From a virus (lineage: Duplodnaviria > Caudoviricetes), in IMG/VR virus record IMGVR_UViG_3300044724_003649, positions 1 through 30,190 of that record: DNA of 30,190 bases; one strand, given 5' to 3'. Every line of letters begins with the position of its first letter. Position 1 is the first letter of the stretch. The position numbers were made by a program, and so were the translations under genes. A model generated the notes under the pieces. The model saw only the letters and a program-made list of their open reading frames with translations, had not been told where the DNA came from and ran no database searches. Below, piece after piece: positions 17,601-27,369 of the stretch.

Positions 17601-17765
17601 ATGAAAGTTGTTGTTAAAGAGGTACCCAATCCTGCAGAAGGACATCAAGCACTTGATGAAAACGGTAACCTTGCTGTTTTTACAAAAGGCCAATGGATAT
17701 CAAAAGAAGAATATGATCGCGGAGTCTATATAAAACTTATCAACTCAACTGGCGATTGCGTTTAA
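17601..17765 (+). CDS. Hypothetical protein, 54 aa (MKVVVKEVPNPAEGHQALDENG...STGDCV)
   Basis: Hand translated; AAGGA RBS. Confidence 0.65.
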   Translation: MKVVVKEVPNPAEGHQALDENGNLAVFTKGQWISKEEYDRGVYIKLINSTGDCV

Positions 17766-17776
17766 GGAGATTATAT

Positions 17777-17968
17777 TTGGCTAAAAACCCACAACCTAGT
17801 CCATGGGGACTGATTATATTTTTAATAGTTTTTATTTTGTTAATTTGGTCGCAAAGCGGAGCAGATGATACTGTCGAAGTTTATGTAGATGATGTGCGAT
17901 ATCTAGCAAACACTTGTTCATTATACTACACAGATTGGCCATGCTTAGAAGCACAAGGATGTTTGTAA
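17777..17968 (+). CDS. Small membrane/secreted protein with three Cys
   Basis: TTG start after AAGGAG; hydrophobic GLIIFLIVFILLIW. Confidence 0.6.
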   Translation: MAKNPQPSPWGLIIFLIVFILLIWSQSGADDTVEVYVDDVRYLANTCSLYYTDWPCLEAQGCL

Positions 17969-17996
17969 ATCTTCTCTTTTTTGGTTTATATTATAG

Positions 17997-18025
17997 TTGA
18001 CAGATATAAATACTTCTGTTATATT
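17997..18025 (+). promoter_or_regulatory. Composite promoter: sigma70 with an embedded late element
   Basis: TTGACA-N17-TATATT with extended TG; TATAAATA at 18005-18012 inside the spacer. Confidence 0.65.
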
Positions 18026-18076
18026 AGTAGAGTTATATTAGTATAACAACACACATACACACAAAGGAGAAAACGT

Positions 18077-18388
18077 ATGACTGACTATACAAAACAGTTC
18101 GCCGAAATGGCAGAACAAATGCAGAAAATGGCTGAGCAATTCAAGCCACAACTTCCAGAAGTAAAGTTTAACAAGAATGGTTACGAGATTCGTACACAGG
18201 TTCTTGATATGGCTAAATCTTTTACAGAGTTTGAGTTCTCGCAAAAATGGATGGGGTTTGAAACTTCAACAAAGCGTGATCCACACACTGGACAGATTAT
18301 TTCTAAAGTGGATGCACCTGAAATTCCAGGCGTAGACAAAGTGTTAGATACTGCTGAGAAGTTTTACGACTTTATCAATAAGCGTTAA
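18077..18388 (+). CDS. Hypothetical phage protein, 103 aa
   Basis: AAGGAG RBS; NKNGYEIRTQVLDMAK..AEKFYDFI. Confidence 0.8.
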   Translation: MTDYTKQFAEMAEQMQKMAEQFKPQLPEVKFNKNGYEIRTQVLDMAKSFTEFEFSQKWMGFETSTKRDPHTGQIISKVDAPEIPGVDKVLDTAEKFYDFINKR

Positions 18389-18406
18389 TAATAAACACTA
18401 GAATAG

Positions 18407-18441
18407 AAACCCCGACGCTAGAGATAGTGCCGGGGTTTTTT
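18407..18441. terminator. Terminator between convergent units
   Basis: AAACCCCG..CGGGGTTTTTT stem-loop. Confidence 0.8.
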
Positions 18442-18445
18442 GTGA

Positions 18446-19132
18446 CTAGTAATGAAAAAAGAATACTTGATTTCTACGAACTTCTTTTTGCCAACGATCT
18501 GATTCAAGTGCCATACCGTGATATATTAAACTAGGAAAAACTACTGCCCTGTTGAATTTACTAGGCATGTGACCTCCCTTTATCCATCTATCTTTAGGAC
18601 TCCATGGATCGCTATGTTCACTGTTTCGTTCTGCACCTGATCTAACTGCACTATCGAAACCATGTTGTGCAATCATTTTAGGCATGCCTGCTCTATGATA
18701 TAGATTAGTACCTTCGCAACCTTCTTCGTTAAGATATATTAGTGCTGTCCAGCCATGGTCAAGATGTGGCCACCACCAATGTGTTTCGTGTTTATCAAAT
18801 TCTGGATCTAATACTGTAAATGTATTTGTAAGGATTGTGTGTCCTTCATTTTTGTATTCCTTTGCCCCGCATATCTTCGCCAGGGTAAAAGCAACACCTT
18901 CCATACCAACATGAGTACCTGTATGACGTCTATCTGCAAATGCTTTACCATTTAGACTGTTTGGTTCTCCTTCTTTGAACAGCGTATACTGACATTGTGT
19001 GTCAAGGAATTCATTAACACCTTTTGGATCAGCATAAAAATCATCTATTTGCCAATAGTATCTTTCGTAATACGGTAATTCAATCTTCTGCACATCGGCT
19101 TTGGAATTCATTAGAAAAGGATTTTGTGTCAT
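18446..19132 (-). CDS. DUF6445-like 2OG-Fe(II) oxygenase-fold protein
   Basis: IDDFYADP, PHLD (HxD), ALIYLN, GTNLY, FNRAVVF..YHG, RRNQVFF. Confidence 0.8.
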   Translation of the reverse strand: MTQNPFLMNSKADVQKIELPYYERYYWQIDDFYADPKGVNEFLDTQCQYTLFKEGEPNSLNGKAFADRRHTGTHVGMEGVAFTLAKICGAKEYKNEGHTILTNTFTVLDPEFDKHETHWWWPHLDHGWTALIYLNEEGCEGTNLYHRAGMPKMIAQHGFDSAVRSGAERNSEHSDPWSPKDRWIKGGHMPSKFNRAVVFPSLIYHGMALESDRWQKEVRRNQVFFFHY

Positions 19133-19156
19133 GATAATATTTAATCTCTCATGAAA

Positions 19157-20434
19157 TTAAATTAATGCAAGTTGGTATTTTGCAAGTAACGCAGGATCAT
19201 CTATAGAACATTTTGACTTAATACCTAGCCCTTGTATTATACACAACCAACTAAACACATCGTACCATTGCCAGTTGTTTTGTTTAATATAGTCAAATTC
19301 ATTTTCTACAATTAGTTTTTGATATGTTTTGTCAAACCATTTAGCATTTTTTTGGTTTGTCCAAAATTCTGTATTGCTGTTAGGATTATCAATATAATGT
19401 AATTTAAGAAAGGTTCTTATTTCATGTGCTGATTTGTATAGTTCAGCATTAAACTCGTCAACTGTCATACTAGAAGCAAACACTCTGTCTAATAAATCTA
19501 GTTCTGTTATTGTAAATTCTATGTTAGTTGCTTCCATTGGCTCTACAAAGTGTGCTGATAATCCTATTGCTATGACATTTCCCTTCATAATATTCTTTTG
19601 TACACCAACATCAAATTTTATAGTTCTAGCATCTGGAACACCTATTTCTTGTCGTGCTTGATCTGGACCGATATAACTGCTATCAAATACATATCCTCTG
19701 CCGGCACGATCTTTTGTGTGTATTGTCCAACACCAACCATATTCTTTTGCTTCTAAGATAGTATATGGACAAAACTCTTTGAACGGTTCATTCCAAACTA
19801 CTGCACTATCTACAACTCCTTTATCGTTCCAAGATTCAAAGTCGTCGTTGCCAACTAACACTTTATGAAATCCTGTGCAATCAATAAAATAGTCTGCTGT
19901 AATTTCGTGTTCGTTATCTAGTACAATACTCTTTATGTGGTTGTCGTCTCTTTTGATATTTGACACTTGCTGTTTAATAATTGTTATTTTATTCTTTAAT
20001 AGTTTTTCAAGGTACTGTGGTACAAGCCCTGCTTGCCAATGTATTGCTACACCCTCTAAACTGTCAGGCACTTGTTTGTTAACTACAAAGTTATAAAAAT
20101 TTGATAATGGTGCTACTGGTCGATTATTAGCGTATGCCCAAGTACTTACATCTAAAAACTCTTGATCATCTCTAATGTTAAAAGGATGACAATATTCTTT
20201 TTTACTAAAGTTTACATGATAAGTTGCAAGTTTTATTGCACCATTAACTTCTTTAATGTATTCCTGTAAATCTATACCTTGTCTTAACAACCATTCTACT
20301 AATCTATCTGTGGTAGATTCTCCTACTCCAACAGTTGGAATACTACTGTCGATAATAGTTACATTATGATTTTTACTCAATGACAATGCAGATAACCAAC
20401 CTGCTGTTCCGCCACCTACAATTACTATGTTCAT
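19157..20434 (-). CDS. Flavin-dependent halogenase homologue (tryptophan halogenase family)
   Basis: IVGGGTAGW, GVGEST, GAIKL (Lys at the PrnA catalytic position), FIDCTGF, GWCWTI, FVEPMEAT. Confidence 0.88.
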   Translation of the reverse strand: MNIVIVGGGTAGWLSALSLSKNHNVTIIDSSIPTVGVGESTTDRLVEWLLRQGIDLQEYIKEVNGAIKLATYHVNFSKKEYCHPFNIRDDQEFLDVSTWAYANNRPVAPLSNFYNFVVNKQVPDSLEGVAIHWQAGLVPQYLEKLLKNKITIIKQQVSNIKRDDNHIKSIVLDNEHEITADYFIDCTGFHKVLVGNDDFESWNDKGVVDSAVVWNEPFKEFCPYTILEAKEYGWCWTIHTKDRAGRGYVFDSSYIGPDQARQEIGVPDARTIKFDVGVQKNIMKGNVIAIGLSAHFVEPMEATNIEFTITELDLLDRVFASSMTVDEFNAELYKSAHEIRTFLKLHYIDNPNSNTEFWTNQKNAKWFDKTYQKLIVENEFDYIKQNNWQWYDVFSWLCIIQGLGIKSKCSIDDPALLAKYQLALI

Positions 20435-21000
20435 ATCTTTTCGAGCAGTTCTCCGGCAGTTCCTTCTACAACTGTAATACTATTAGTATCAATAACTTCC
20501 TTATAAGTTTTGTCCCATAAAGGTTGTAGTTCTTTACTGGCCGCAGGTCCTTGTCTAATACTGTCTGTTATTAAATCGTGTTCTGGATTGTGTCTTACAA
20601 AGTACACTTCGTGAAATGCTTTTGCTTGAGCAACTGCCATATCCCAGTAGTATTGTTCAAACTTTTTGTCTACCATGCCTAATTCAAATGCACACTTGTT
20701 AAACACTAGATAATCTAATGGCAAACGTTTTGTAATAAACACATCACAACTGTATTCATGCTCTAACATTTGACTCCAATGCCTATGAAACAGCCAACTG
20801 CAACTGTCAATGTTGCCACCTATTTCTTTTGCTAGGATATCGTGGTCCATAAACATTGTGCTACGAACAGTTTCAGGCATGTAAGTTACATTAACTCCAC
20901 GTTGACCAAACTTTTCTCTTTGTAGTAATTTTATACATACGGTATTTTTGCCAACACCGTGGGCACCTACTACTGCTATTCTTTTGTCTGCTACACTCAT
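20431..21000 (-). CDS. P-loop NTPase / nucleotide-kinase-like protein
   Basis: IAVVGAHGVGKNT Walker A; PETVR; KRLPLD. Confidence 0.7.
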   Translation of the reverse strand: MSVADKRIAVVGAHGVGKNTVCIKLLQREKFGQRGVNVTYMPETVRSTMFMDHDILAKEIGGNIDSCSWLFHRHWSQMLEHEYSCDVFITKRLPLDYLVFNKCAFELGMVDKKFEQYYWDMAVAQAKAFHEVYFVRHNPEHDLITDSIRQGPAASKELQPLWDKTYKEVIDTNSITVVEGTAGELLEKI

Positions 21001-21602
21001 TGCTTTAAACTGTCCTCTTGATATATCTTATCTCTATCTTGTATATCATACTGTGATATATGTGTTGCATCTAGGGTATTGATATTATACTCTAATCCAA
21101 ATATAGTAAATTTATATTTTGGTTTTGTAAAAGGTATGCTTAAATCTCTAAACCATTTTCTAACCCATTCAATGTTATCGTGAAAGAAATATATCTTTCT
21201 TAGGTGTTCGACACCTTCCCCATAGTAAACACCTATACCACTTTTAATTACATCTATTCTACTGCCTGGTGGAAGTGCAGGTAACGGATGCTGTTGTAAA
21301 TTTTGATCGTATACTTTTAATACTCTAGTTTCTTTTTTAATAAAGCATTCGATAGCATAATAATCACAAAAAATATGATAATCTTTTACTCTAAACTCTT
21401 GTATAACATCTTCGCTAGGATAAACTTCATAGGTAAGATTGATTTTTTCTTTGTTAGGATCGTAACTAATCATGTGCAAACCTTGAAAATCAAAGTCTGG
21501 CCAAACAGCCAATACCATTGCTTTGTATTCTAATGCTGACTCACTACTAGCATCTACAAATATTTCGTTGGCTCCGTCACTGCTTATTTTAGTTTCAATC
21601 AT
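20997..21602 (-). CDS. Hypothetical protein, 201 aa
   Basis: ORF overlapping both neighbours in the cluster. Confidence 0.7.
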   Translation of the reverse strand: MIETKISSDGANEIFVDASSESALEYKAMVLAVWPDFDFQGLHMISYDPNKEKINLTYEVYPSEDVIQEFRVKDYHIFCDYYAIECFIKKETRVLKVYDQNLQQHPLPALPPGSRIDVIKSGIGVYYGEGVEHLRKIYFFHDNIEWVRKWFRDLSIPFTKPKYKFTIFGLEYNINTLDATHISQYDIQDRDKIYQEDSLKQ

Positions 21603-22008
21603 TTAACATAAACTCATCTTTAAAGTAGTTTCTAATATCAGGAATAACTCCTTGTGTTTCATCAAATCCTAACCCTACACTGTTAATTATAGCATCGTAT
21701 ATTTCTTTGCTCATTTTTGAATACTTGTAAGGCACAAAGTAAGGATCATTGTTGTATAATAATTCAGGGTCATCTAGCACTTCCCAAAAGTTTTCTGCAA
21801 ACTCTTTGCTTAACCATTTTGCATAACAGATAGCAACAACAAAACTTTTGCTAGGATAAATCCAGCCGGGATCTTTCGTGAAGTATTTTACAGCATTATC
21901 AACTATTTCTTGTCCGTGAACAAACACCAACTGCTTGTCCTTAAGATCATCACCGTGTGATTGATTAAGCCTGTGATATACTTCTTGTCTTACTTTCCAG
22001 TCTTGCAT
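21595..22008 (-). CDS. Hypothetical protein, 137 aa, radical-SAM-associated
   Basis: Overlaps the 3' end of a rSAM gene; YPSKS..AICYA..DPYF. Confidence 0.7.
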   Translation of the reverse strand: MQDWKVRQEVYHRLNQSHGDDLKDKQLVFVHGQEIVDNAVKYFTKDPGWIYPSKSFVVAICYAKWLSKEFAENFWEVLDDPELLYNNDPYFVPYKYSKMSKEIYDAIINSVGLGFDETQGVIPDIRNYFKDEFMLND

Positions 22009-22906
22009 AATCTAATAATCCTTTGTACCCGTTACAACCGTTGTCTAAATCTTTAACCCATCTGTAATGTTCTGTCAAACAATTACCAAAGTATTCGCAA
22101 CTGTGACACACAGGACTGCAATTTTTAGTTGGCTCTTGCTCTGCCCATTGTTTGTATTCAGCATAGGTATCTAGTTCTAAAAAATATTCTTTATCGTCTT
22201 TGTCAAATTCTAGCACTCCAAACTTACCATTAGGAGTAATGTAAACATGATCACTAGAAAACGCATTGTATTCTTTTGCTAGACTTTCTTGTATTTGATC
22301 TTTGTTAATAAAATGAAAACGTTTAGGTGTTGATGCTTCTAACCATTTGATAACAAACTGTTCAAACTGTTTATGTGTAACTGAATAATTGTTTGCTTGA
22401 TTAATACTGTACGGCTTTATTTCTACACTGGTTACACTGCTACATGCATTGAGTCTTGTTATCATGCTCTCTACGTCCATTGCAATAACTTCAGGACTTG
22501 CTAGAATTAGTACAGCGATTGGAACAGGACTTTGTAACATATTTTGATACACACGATCGCTTTTTTCTCTTGCTTCAAAGTCATAACTTACACTTAGATA
22601 AAAGTCATTTTCAAAGAAGCCTTCATGTAGCATACTAAAGTTTGTGATAATGTTTATATCATCTCTGTAATGCTTTCTAATTACATCACGCATACCATAG
22701 AAATAATCTTTTTTAAGAGCACCTATTTCGCCGCCATACAAATCAACATGTGTGATTTTATCAACCATACGTATCTCTAGTAAACGTTCATCTAATATAT
22801 CTAAATCAATTTTGTTTTGATCAGCGAGTTGTTCTGGTGTAAGATAACAAAACTTACATCTAAAGTTACAAAAATAACTAGGATTAATTGACACGTTCAT
22901 CTGCAA
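21965..22906 (-). CDS. Radical SAM enzyme with C-terminal Cys cluster (SPASM-like)
   Basis: CNFRCKFC, YGGE, TN; C-terminal CSPVCHSCEYFGNC..C. Confidence 0.9.
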   Translation of the reverse strand: MQMNVSINPSYFCNFRCKFCYLTPEQLADQNKIDLDILDERLLEIRMVDKITHVDLYGGEIGALKKDYFYGMRDVIRKHYRDDINIITNFSMLHEGFFENDFYLSVSYDFEAREKSDRVYQNMLQSPVPIAVLILASPEVIAMDVESMITRLNACSSVTSVEIKPYSINQANNYSVTHKQFEQFVIKWLEASTPKRFHFINKDQIQESLAKEYNAFSSDHVYITPNGKFGVLEFDKDDKEYFLELDTYAEYKQWAEQEPTKNCSPVCHSCEYFGNCLTEHYRWVKDLDNGCNGYKGLLDYARLESKTRSISQA

Positions 22907-23450
22907 TATCCTTTTTAATAATTTGTAACAGTTTATTTTTACTGTATTTTGATAATAGTTTTCTAGTCAACCAATTACTGTTTTTAAACAAACCTATATA
23001 AAGATATCTATAGTCATCATAGTTTTTTAAAAACAGGTTGTTCATATATTCAACTTCTTGTTTTTTATCTTGTATGCCAACAACCTTTCCTATACTTTCA
23101 TTTGTGTTGTTAACTTGCTCTCTTATTTCAAAGTTAATGCCGGGAACATCTTGCATAGTCTTTATGACACTGTACATTCTTCCTTGTATATTATCGCCGC
23201 CAAATGCTAACATAATATACCAATTCATATTTTGTTTATTGTAGTAGTGTCCTTCGCAACTGCTTATAGGCAAATAACCTTTGTGTACAAACTCTTGCAC
23301 GTGATATTGCACACCTTCTTCTATTTCTTTGTAGAACTTCATATCAAACGGACTGGCTGTGTATGCAACATATCCTGTTTCATATGTATCATCGGGGTTA
23401 GCCGAACCATGTATTCTGCCATTTGCAAACAGTTTATTCTTCAATGTCAT
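22884..23450 (-). CDS. Hypothetical protein with SSCEGH motif
   Basis: KGYLPISSCEGH; likely start MTLKNK at 23450 after AAGGG. Confidence 0.65.
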   Translation of the reverse strand: MTLKNKLFANGRIHGSANPDDTYETGYVAYTASPFDMKFYKEIEEGVQYHVQEFVHKGYLPISSCEGHYYNKQNMNWYIMLAFGGDNIQGRMYSVIKTMQDVPGINFEIREQVNNTNESIGKVVGIQDKKQEVEYMNNLFLKNYDDYRYLYIGLFKNSNWLTRKLLSKYSKNKLLQIIKKDIADERVN

Positions 23451-24117
23451 ACCCTTTAATTTTATTCCACGCCCAATGATGATCGTAACCACAACTTGCA
23501 ATCACACTGTAACGCAGTTGATCCGTTTCATTTACTCTATGTACAAACTTGGGATTTTGATTGTTTAAAATTATCATAGTGTTATTGTCAATATCTATTT
23601 TGCCTGTGCTAACAACATCGCCTTCTATGTAATTTAAACCTTTGCTAGGTTGCCAATGCGGAAAACTGTCAGTGTCTTTGACTTGTATTTTATTTGCTAT
23701 TCCTACTTCAAACTGTCCTTGCTGTAAAGGTTGTAGATAAAATAGCAACTGTATAAATGTTCCATCGAACCCGTCCCAATGCCAGTCCATGCTAGAGCCA
23801 GGTTGCATTTTGTTAATGCTTACTTTGAAGAAACTGAAGTCTCCGTAAATTTCGTTCCAATACTTAAAGTATTCTTGTTGCAATAAGTCTTTGATTAGTT
23901 TTACATACTTGTCTTGTGATTCATAAAAGTTAAGATCAAGATCCTGATAGTCCCTATCCCATAAAGGGTTTTCAACACCTGGATATGTTCCACTACCAAA
24001 CTGTTCACTGAATACATAGCCTGCCAGATGATCAATAAACGATCTATCTATTGTGCTAGTATCATATCCTTTTTCAAAAAAACTGTTTAAGTTTGGTGCT
24101 TGTTTAATCATTTTCAT
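23434..24117 (-). CDS. 2OG-Fe(II) oxygenase
   Basis: WHWDG (HxD), LFYL, NNQNPKFVHRV and RYS. Confidence 0.82.
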   Translation of the reverse strand: MKMIKQAPNLNSFFEKGYDTSTIDRSFIDHLAGYVFSEQFGSGTYPGVENPLWDRDYQDLDLNFYESQDKYVKLIKDLLQQEYFKYWNEIYGDFSFFKVSINKMQPGSSMDWHWDGFDGTFIQLLFYLQPLQQGQFEVGIANKIQVKDTDSFPHWQPSKGLNYIEGDVVSTGKIDIDNNTMIILNNQNPKFVHRVNETDQLRYSVIASCGYDHHWAWNKIKGYDIEE

Positions 24118-25195
24118 TTACATATGGAGTAACTTCTACTCCTTCTAATCCATTTGCTTCAAGTATTTTTGGAGCAATTGATTTCATAATTTTACAATGT
24201 GCTTCAACTACATTGTGTTGTTTAAAGTCTTTGACTGTTTTTCTACAGCCATTACATATATCAAACATAGGACAAGTATAACATGATTTCTTCATACTTG
24301 CAAGTTCAAAACTATCCTGAAGTGGTGTAAAGAATTCACCATTCATTTCACGTTCAAAGTTAATTGGCTTGTCCATATCATCTCCAAACGCACCACAACT
24401 GTAATAGTCACCGCCTGGATTCATAGCACGTATGCCTTCGTCACATTTTCTATTCTGCGGACAACTTGTGGCATTACCTTTTAGTCTTTGCATCATTTGT
24501 TTGGTGTTAAATTCCCATGGAGCAAGTCCTGCTTCCCATATATCAACATAGGTTTTATATATCTTAGATAGCAAGTAAGGACGGTCCTGTTCACCACTGC
24601 TCATTGCGTAGTTAAGTTTACACTCAACTCCTGTTTTATCTTGTCTATCAAAATTATGTAATGTTCCGCCAGGCTCTAGTCCTTCGCTCATTTCCATAGC
24701 AAGTTCTACATTTTTAATTGCTAGATGATCGTTTGTATCTGTTACTACACTGATGAAGTCAGGACGATAACCGCAGTGTTCTAGCATAGCATCGCTTACC
24801 TTCCAAAAGTCTTCTACAGTAAACAAACTAAAGTCGCCCTTCAATCTACCATCACCATAGTTAAAACTTGTAGTGATTCCTACACGCTCATTGTTAAACA
24901 ATGCTTTCCATTTATTAGGCTTAACATAGAATGGCCATAGGTTTGTTGTAAGTGCTATTGATGTTGACATTTCATGCTCATCAAGATAGTCTATTATCTT
25001 CCAATAGTAGTCTGGGTCCATCATTAAAGGATCGCCGCCATTAACAATTATTGTATTTGTGTTTGGATAACGTTTTAGAAATCTAAAGATGTGTTCGTGA
25101 TCTAATACTACTTTGCCATGCTCTGCAATTTTTGTGCTTGAACAAAACGTACATTTAAAATTACAAAGTTCAGTTGGTTTAATAATTAATTCCAT
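24104..25195 (-). CDS. Radical SAM/SPASM enzyme
   Basis: IKPTELCNFKCTFC, GGDPL, TTN; SPASM-like CPQNRKC, GDYYSC, CYTCPMFDICNGC, HC. Confidence 0.92.
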   Translation of the reverse strand: MELIIKPTELCNFKCTFCSSTKIAEHGKVVLDHEHIFRFLKRYPNTNTIIVNGGDPLMMDPDYYWKIIDYLDEHEMSTSIALTTNLWPFYVKPNKWKALFNNERVGITTSFNYGDGRLKGDFSLFTVEDFWKVSDAMLEHCGYRPDFISVVTDTNDHLAIKNVELAMEMSEGLEPGGTLHNFDRQDKTGVECKLNYAMSSGEQDRPYLLSKIYKTYVDIWEAGLAPWEFNTKQMMQRLKGNATSCPQNRKCDEGIRAMNPGGDYYSCGAFGDDMDKPINFEREMNGEFFTPLQDSFELASMKKSCYTCPMFDICNGCRKTVKDFKQHNVVEAHCKIMKSIAPKILEANGLEGVEVTPYVNEND

Positions 25196-25839
25196 ACGCT
25201 TATTCCTACATTTAAAGTATATCTATTTTTAGTATTATCTTTTAGTTGTCCTACACTGTGTACAAATCGTGGATTCATATTGTTTAACAGTATCACTTTA
25301 CCATCTGATGGTATTATAGTATTTTCATTATACACTTTATCATCAGGCCATTCACGCTCTGCAATTTTTAAAACACTTCCGTATTCTTCTTTCCAATTAG
25401 GTTCGTCAGTTAGGTAAATTAAAAATCCTAGGTCATGGTCCTCAACTCCGTCCCAATGATATGCTAGTTCGTCACTGCCGTTCCACAAATCTATAAAACG
25501 TAGTTCATAGTCAAACCCGCATGTTTCTCTAAACCATTTGCTGTAATAAGTGTTATCAAACAACTGCTTGATGCTATCAACATACACTTGTGGTACAACA
25601 TCTAAACTAGAAGCACTTTTTGCTTTCTCATATTCTCTGTTGTATTCTCTATCCTGTTTAGGTGGTGTTGTTATATCTGTGTTAATGCTCCAACTAGGTA
25701 TGCTCTTATACACTGAATGCTCTGACCATTCTTCTGTGTATATTGCTCCCCATAACATTGTGCGGATGTCTTCGGGTAACGACCATTCATCATACCCATG
25801 CTTGTAAAAGTTATTCACGTTTAGCATCGACATAGTCAT
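25186..25839 (-). CDS. 2OG-Fe(II) oxygenase
   Basis: YHWDG, LIYLTDEPNWKEEYG, NNMNPRFVHSV and RYT. Confidence 0.82.
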   Translation of the reverse strand: MTMSMLNVNNFYKHGYDEWSLPEDIRTMLWGAIYTEEWSEHSVYKSIPSWSINTDITTPPKQDREYNREYEKAKSASSLDVVPQVYVDSIKQLFDNTYYSKWFRETCGFDYELRFIDLWNGSDELAYHWDGVEDHDLGFLIYLTDEPNWKEEYGSVLKIAEREWPDDKVYNENTIIPSDGKVILLNNMNPRFVHSVGQLKDNTKNRYTLNVGISVWN

Positions 25840-26812
25840 ATACCTCCGCTAACCAACAAGGCTCTTGTGTTCTAAAACTCTTTAGATGATTGCTTAGGAA
25901 ACACCCCATAGAGCATCTTTGAAAGTGTGGACACTCTAAACAGTTATAGTCTTCAAACCATTTTTGTTCCATCTCTGCTTTTGTTGGTTTGTAACCATCT
26001 AAGTCTTGTGATAGTAATATTGTACACCCGCCGGCGTCTCCACTAGGCATAATAGTAAATGTATCTTGGCAGGTCATGCGTTTCTTTTGCTTGTTAGGAT
26101 AATCTTTGAAAGGTAAACAGTTAGGATAGTTGTCTACCATAAACTTCATAAAGTCACGCAACTGCACATCATTAGGAGTCATACGCTCTCTATTCTTTTC
26201 TGGTGTGTAGTAATCAAAATATATGTCGTAGTTGTCGTATAAAAAATCAAAGAAAGGTGTAGCACGTTTTAAGAACTTTTCAATGTTAGGCTTTGTCATA
26301 ATAACATTAGCACTCTTAATATAATTCTTAAACAGTCTTACGTTCTCTTGAAACTTTTCTAACTGTCCGTAACCAAAACGTCCACTAGGATCATAACTTG
26401 TTAGCAATTTAATTTGAGGGCAATCATCTAGTAATTTTTGTAGTCTGTCTGTGCGTTCGTAAACAAAGTTTGTAGTAAAACATATTTCAACATCATAGTT
26501 GTTTTCTTTGCTCCACTTATCTAATTCATCTGCTAGATATCTGTAATCATCAAAACAACTGTCAGGAACAAGATCACTAAACACTTCACCGCCCATAAAG
26601 TGAACGCTGAACATGCCTCGGGTAGCACTCATGTTTTTAATAGCACGTTGTACAACTTCAAGTTTATCTCGTATGGTATCCATACCAACCTTGCTGTTGT
26701 GATCTTGATTACAAAACTTACAACTCATATTACACTGTTCAAACAGCGTAACAATAATTTCTCCAAGAATACTTCTCTTGTTGGTCTTTGTAATAATGTT
26801 GTGTTCTATCAT
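25811..26812 (-). CDS. Radical SAM/SPASM-like enzyme
   Basis: CNMSCKFC, MGGE, TTN; TC..IMPSGDAGGC, CLECPHFQRCSMGC, PC. Confidence 0.9.
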   Translation of the reverse strand: MIEHNIITKTNKRSILGEIIVTLFEQCNMSCKFCNQDHNSKVGMDTIRDKLEVVQRAIKNMSATRGMFSVHFMGGEVFSDLVPDSCFDDYRYLADELDKWSKENNYDVEICFTTNFVYERTDRLQKLLDDCPQIKLLTSYDPSGRFGYGQLEKFQENVRLFKNYIKSANVIMTKPNIEKFLKRATPFFDFLYDNYDIYFDYYTPEKNRERMTPNDVQLRDFMKFMVDNYPNCLPFKDYPNKQKKRMTCQDTFTIMPSGDAGGCTILLSQDLDGYKPTKAEMEQKWFEDYNCLECPHFQRCSMGCFLSNHLKSFRTQEPCWLAEVYDYVDAKRE

Positions 26813-27369
26813 TCAACTATCTCATTAAAGGTCATATTGCACACTAGACTTAATCTAGTTTCACTGCCTAGGTACGGTGTAACCTCGTGCCATACATAGT
26901 AAGGTGCGGCAACTAATAATCCTGTTTCAGGTTTAATTTCTTTGTACGGCTTGCCGGGAGCAAACGCTTTCTTGCTTTGCCAGCGTGGATCATATAATCT
27001 AAGTTTGCCACTGTCTACACTGTTGCCTGTGTCTACATAAAATATAGCAAACGCATCTATAACATCATGCGAGTGAACACCTTTGAAATCACCAAACTTC
27101 ATAGGATTGATTATGTTTAGTTCTGTCATTGTGTAGTTGCAAGGATGTCCTGCACTTTCACATAGTGTATCAAAAGCAAGTTTGAATCTGTCTTCCATAT
27201 CAGGAAAGGCAGAAAAATTTACATTCTCATCTGCAATATTAGTCACACCTGACGCTTTCATATCTGCCATTTTGGCATTGATAAGTGTTGTCAAATGTTT
27301 TTGCCATTCTTCGTCATCATCATATTGACGAGAATAGATTGGCGTTTCCCAATATGTATCAATAGTCAT
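26809..27369 (-). CDS. Putative 2OG-Fe(II) oxygenase (TIGR02466-like)
   Basis: WETPIY, HSH, IFYV, GKLRLYDPR, PETG, WHEVTP and RLSLVCN. Confidence 0.78.
   Translation of the reverse strand: MTIDTYWETPIYSRQYDDDEEWQKHLTTLINAKMADMKASGVTNIADENVNFSAFPDMEDRFKLAFDTLCESAGHPCNYTMTELNIINPMKFGDFKGVHSHDVIDAFAIFYVDTGNSVDSGKLRLYDPRWQSKKAFAPGKPYKEIKPETGLLVAAPYYVWHEVTPYLGSETRLSLVCNMTFNEIVE

Noticed and set aside
17429-17629. 66-aa minus-strand ORF
   Set aside because: Antisense shadow over pqqA and its terminator, with no recognisable features.
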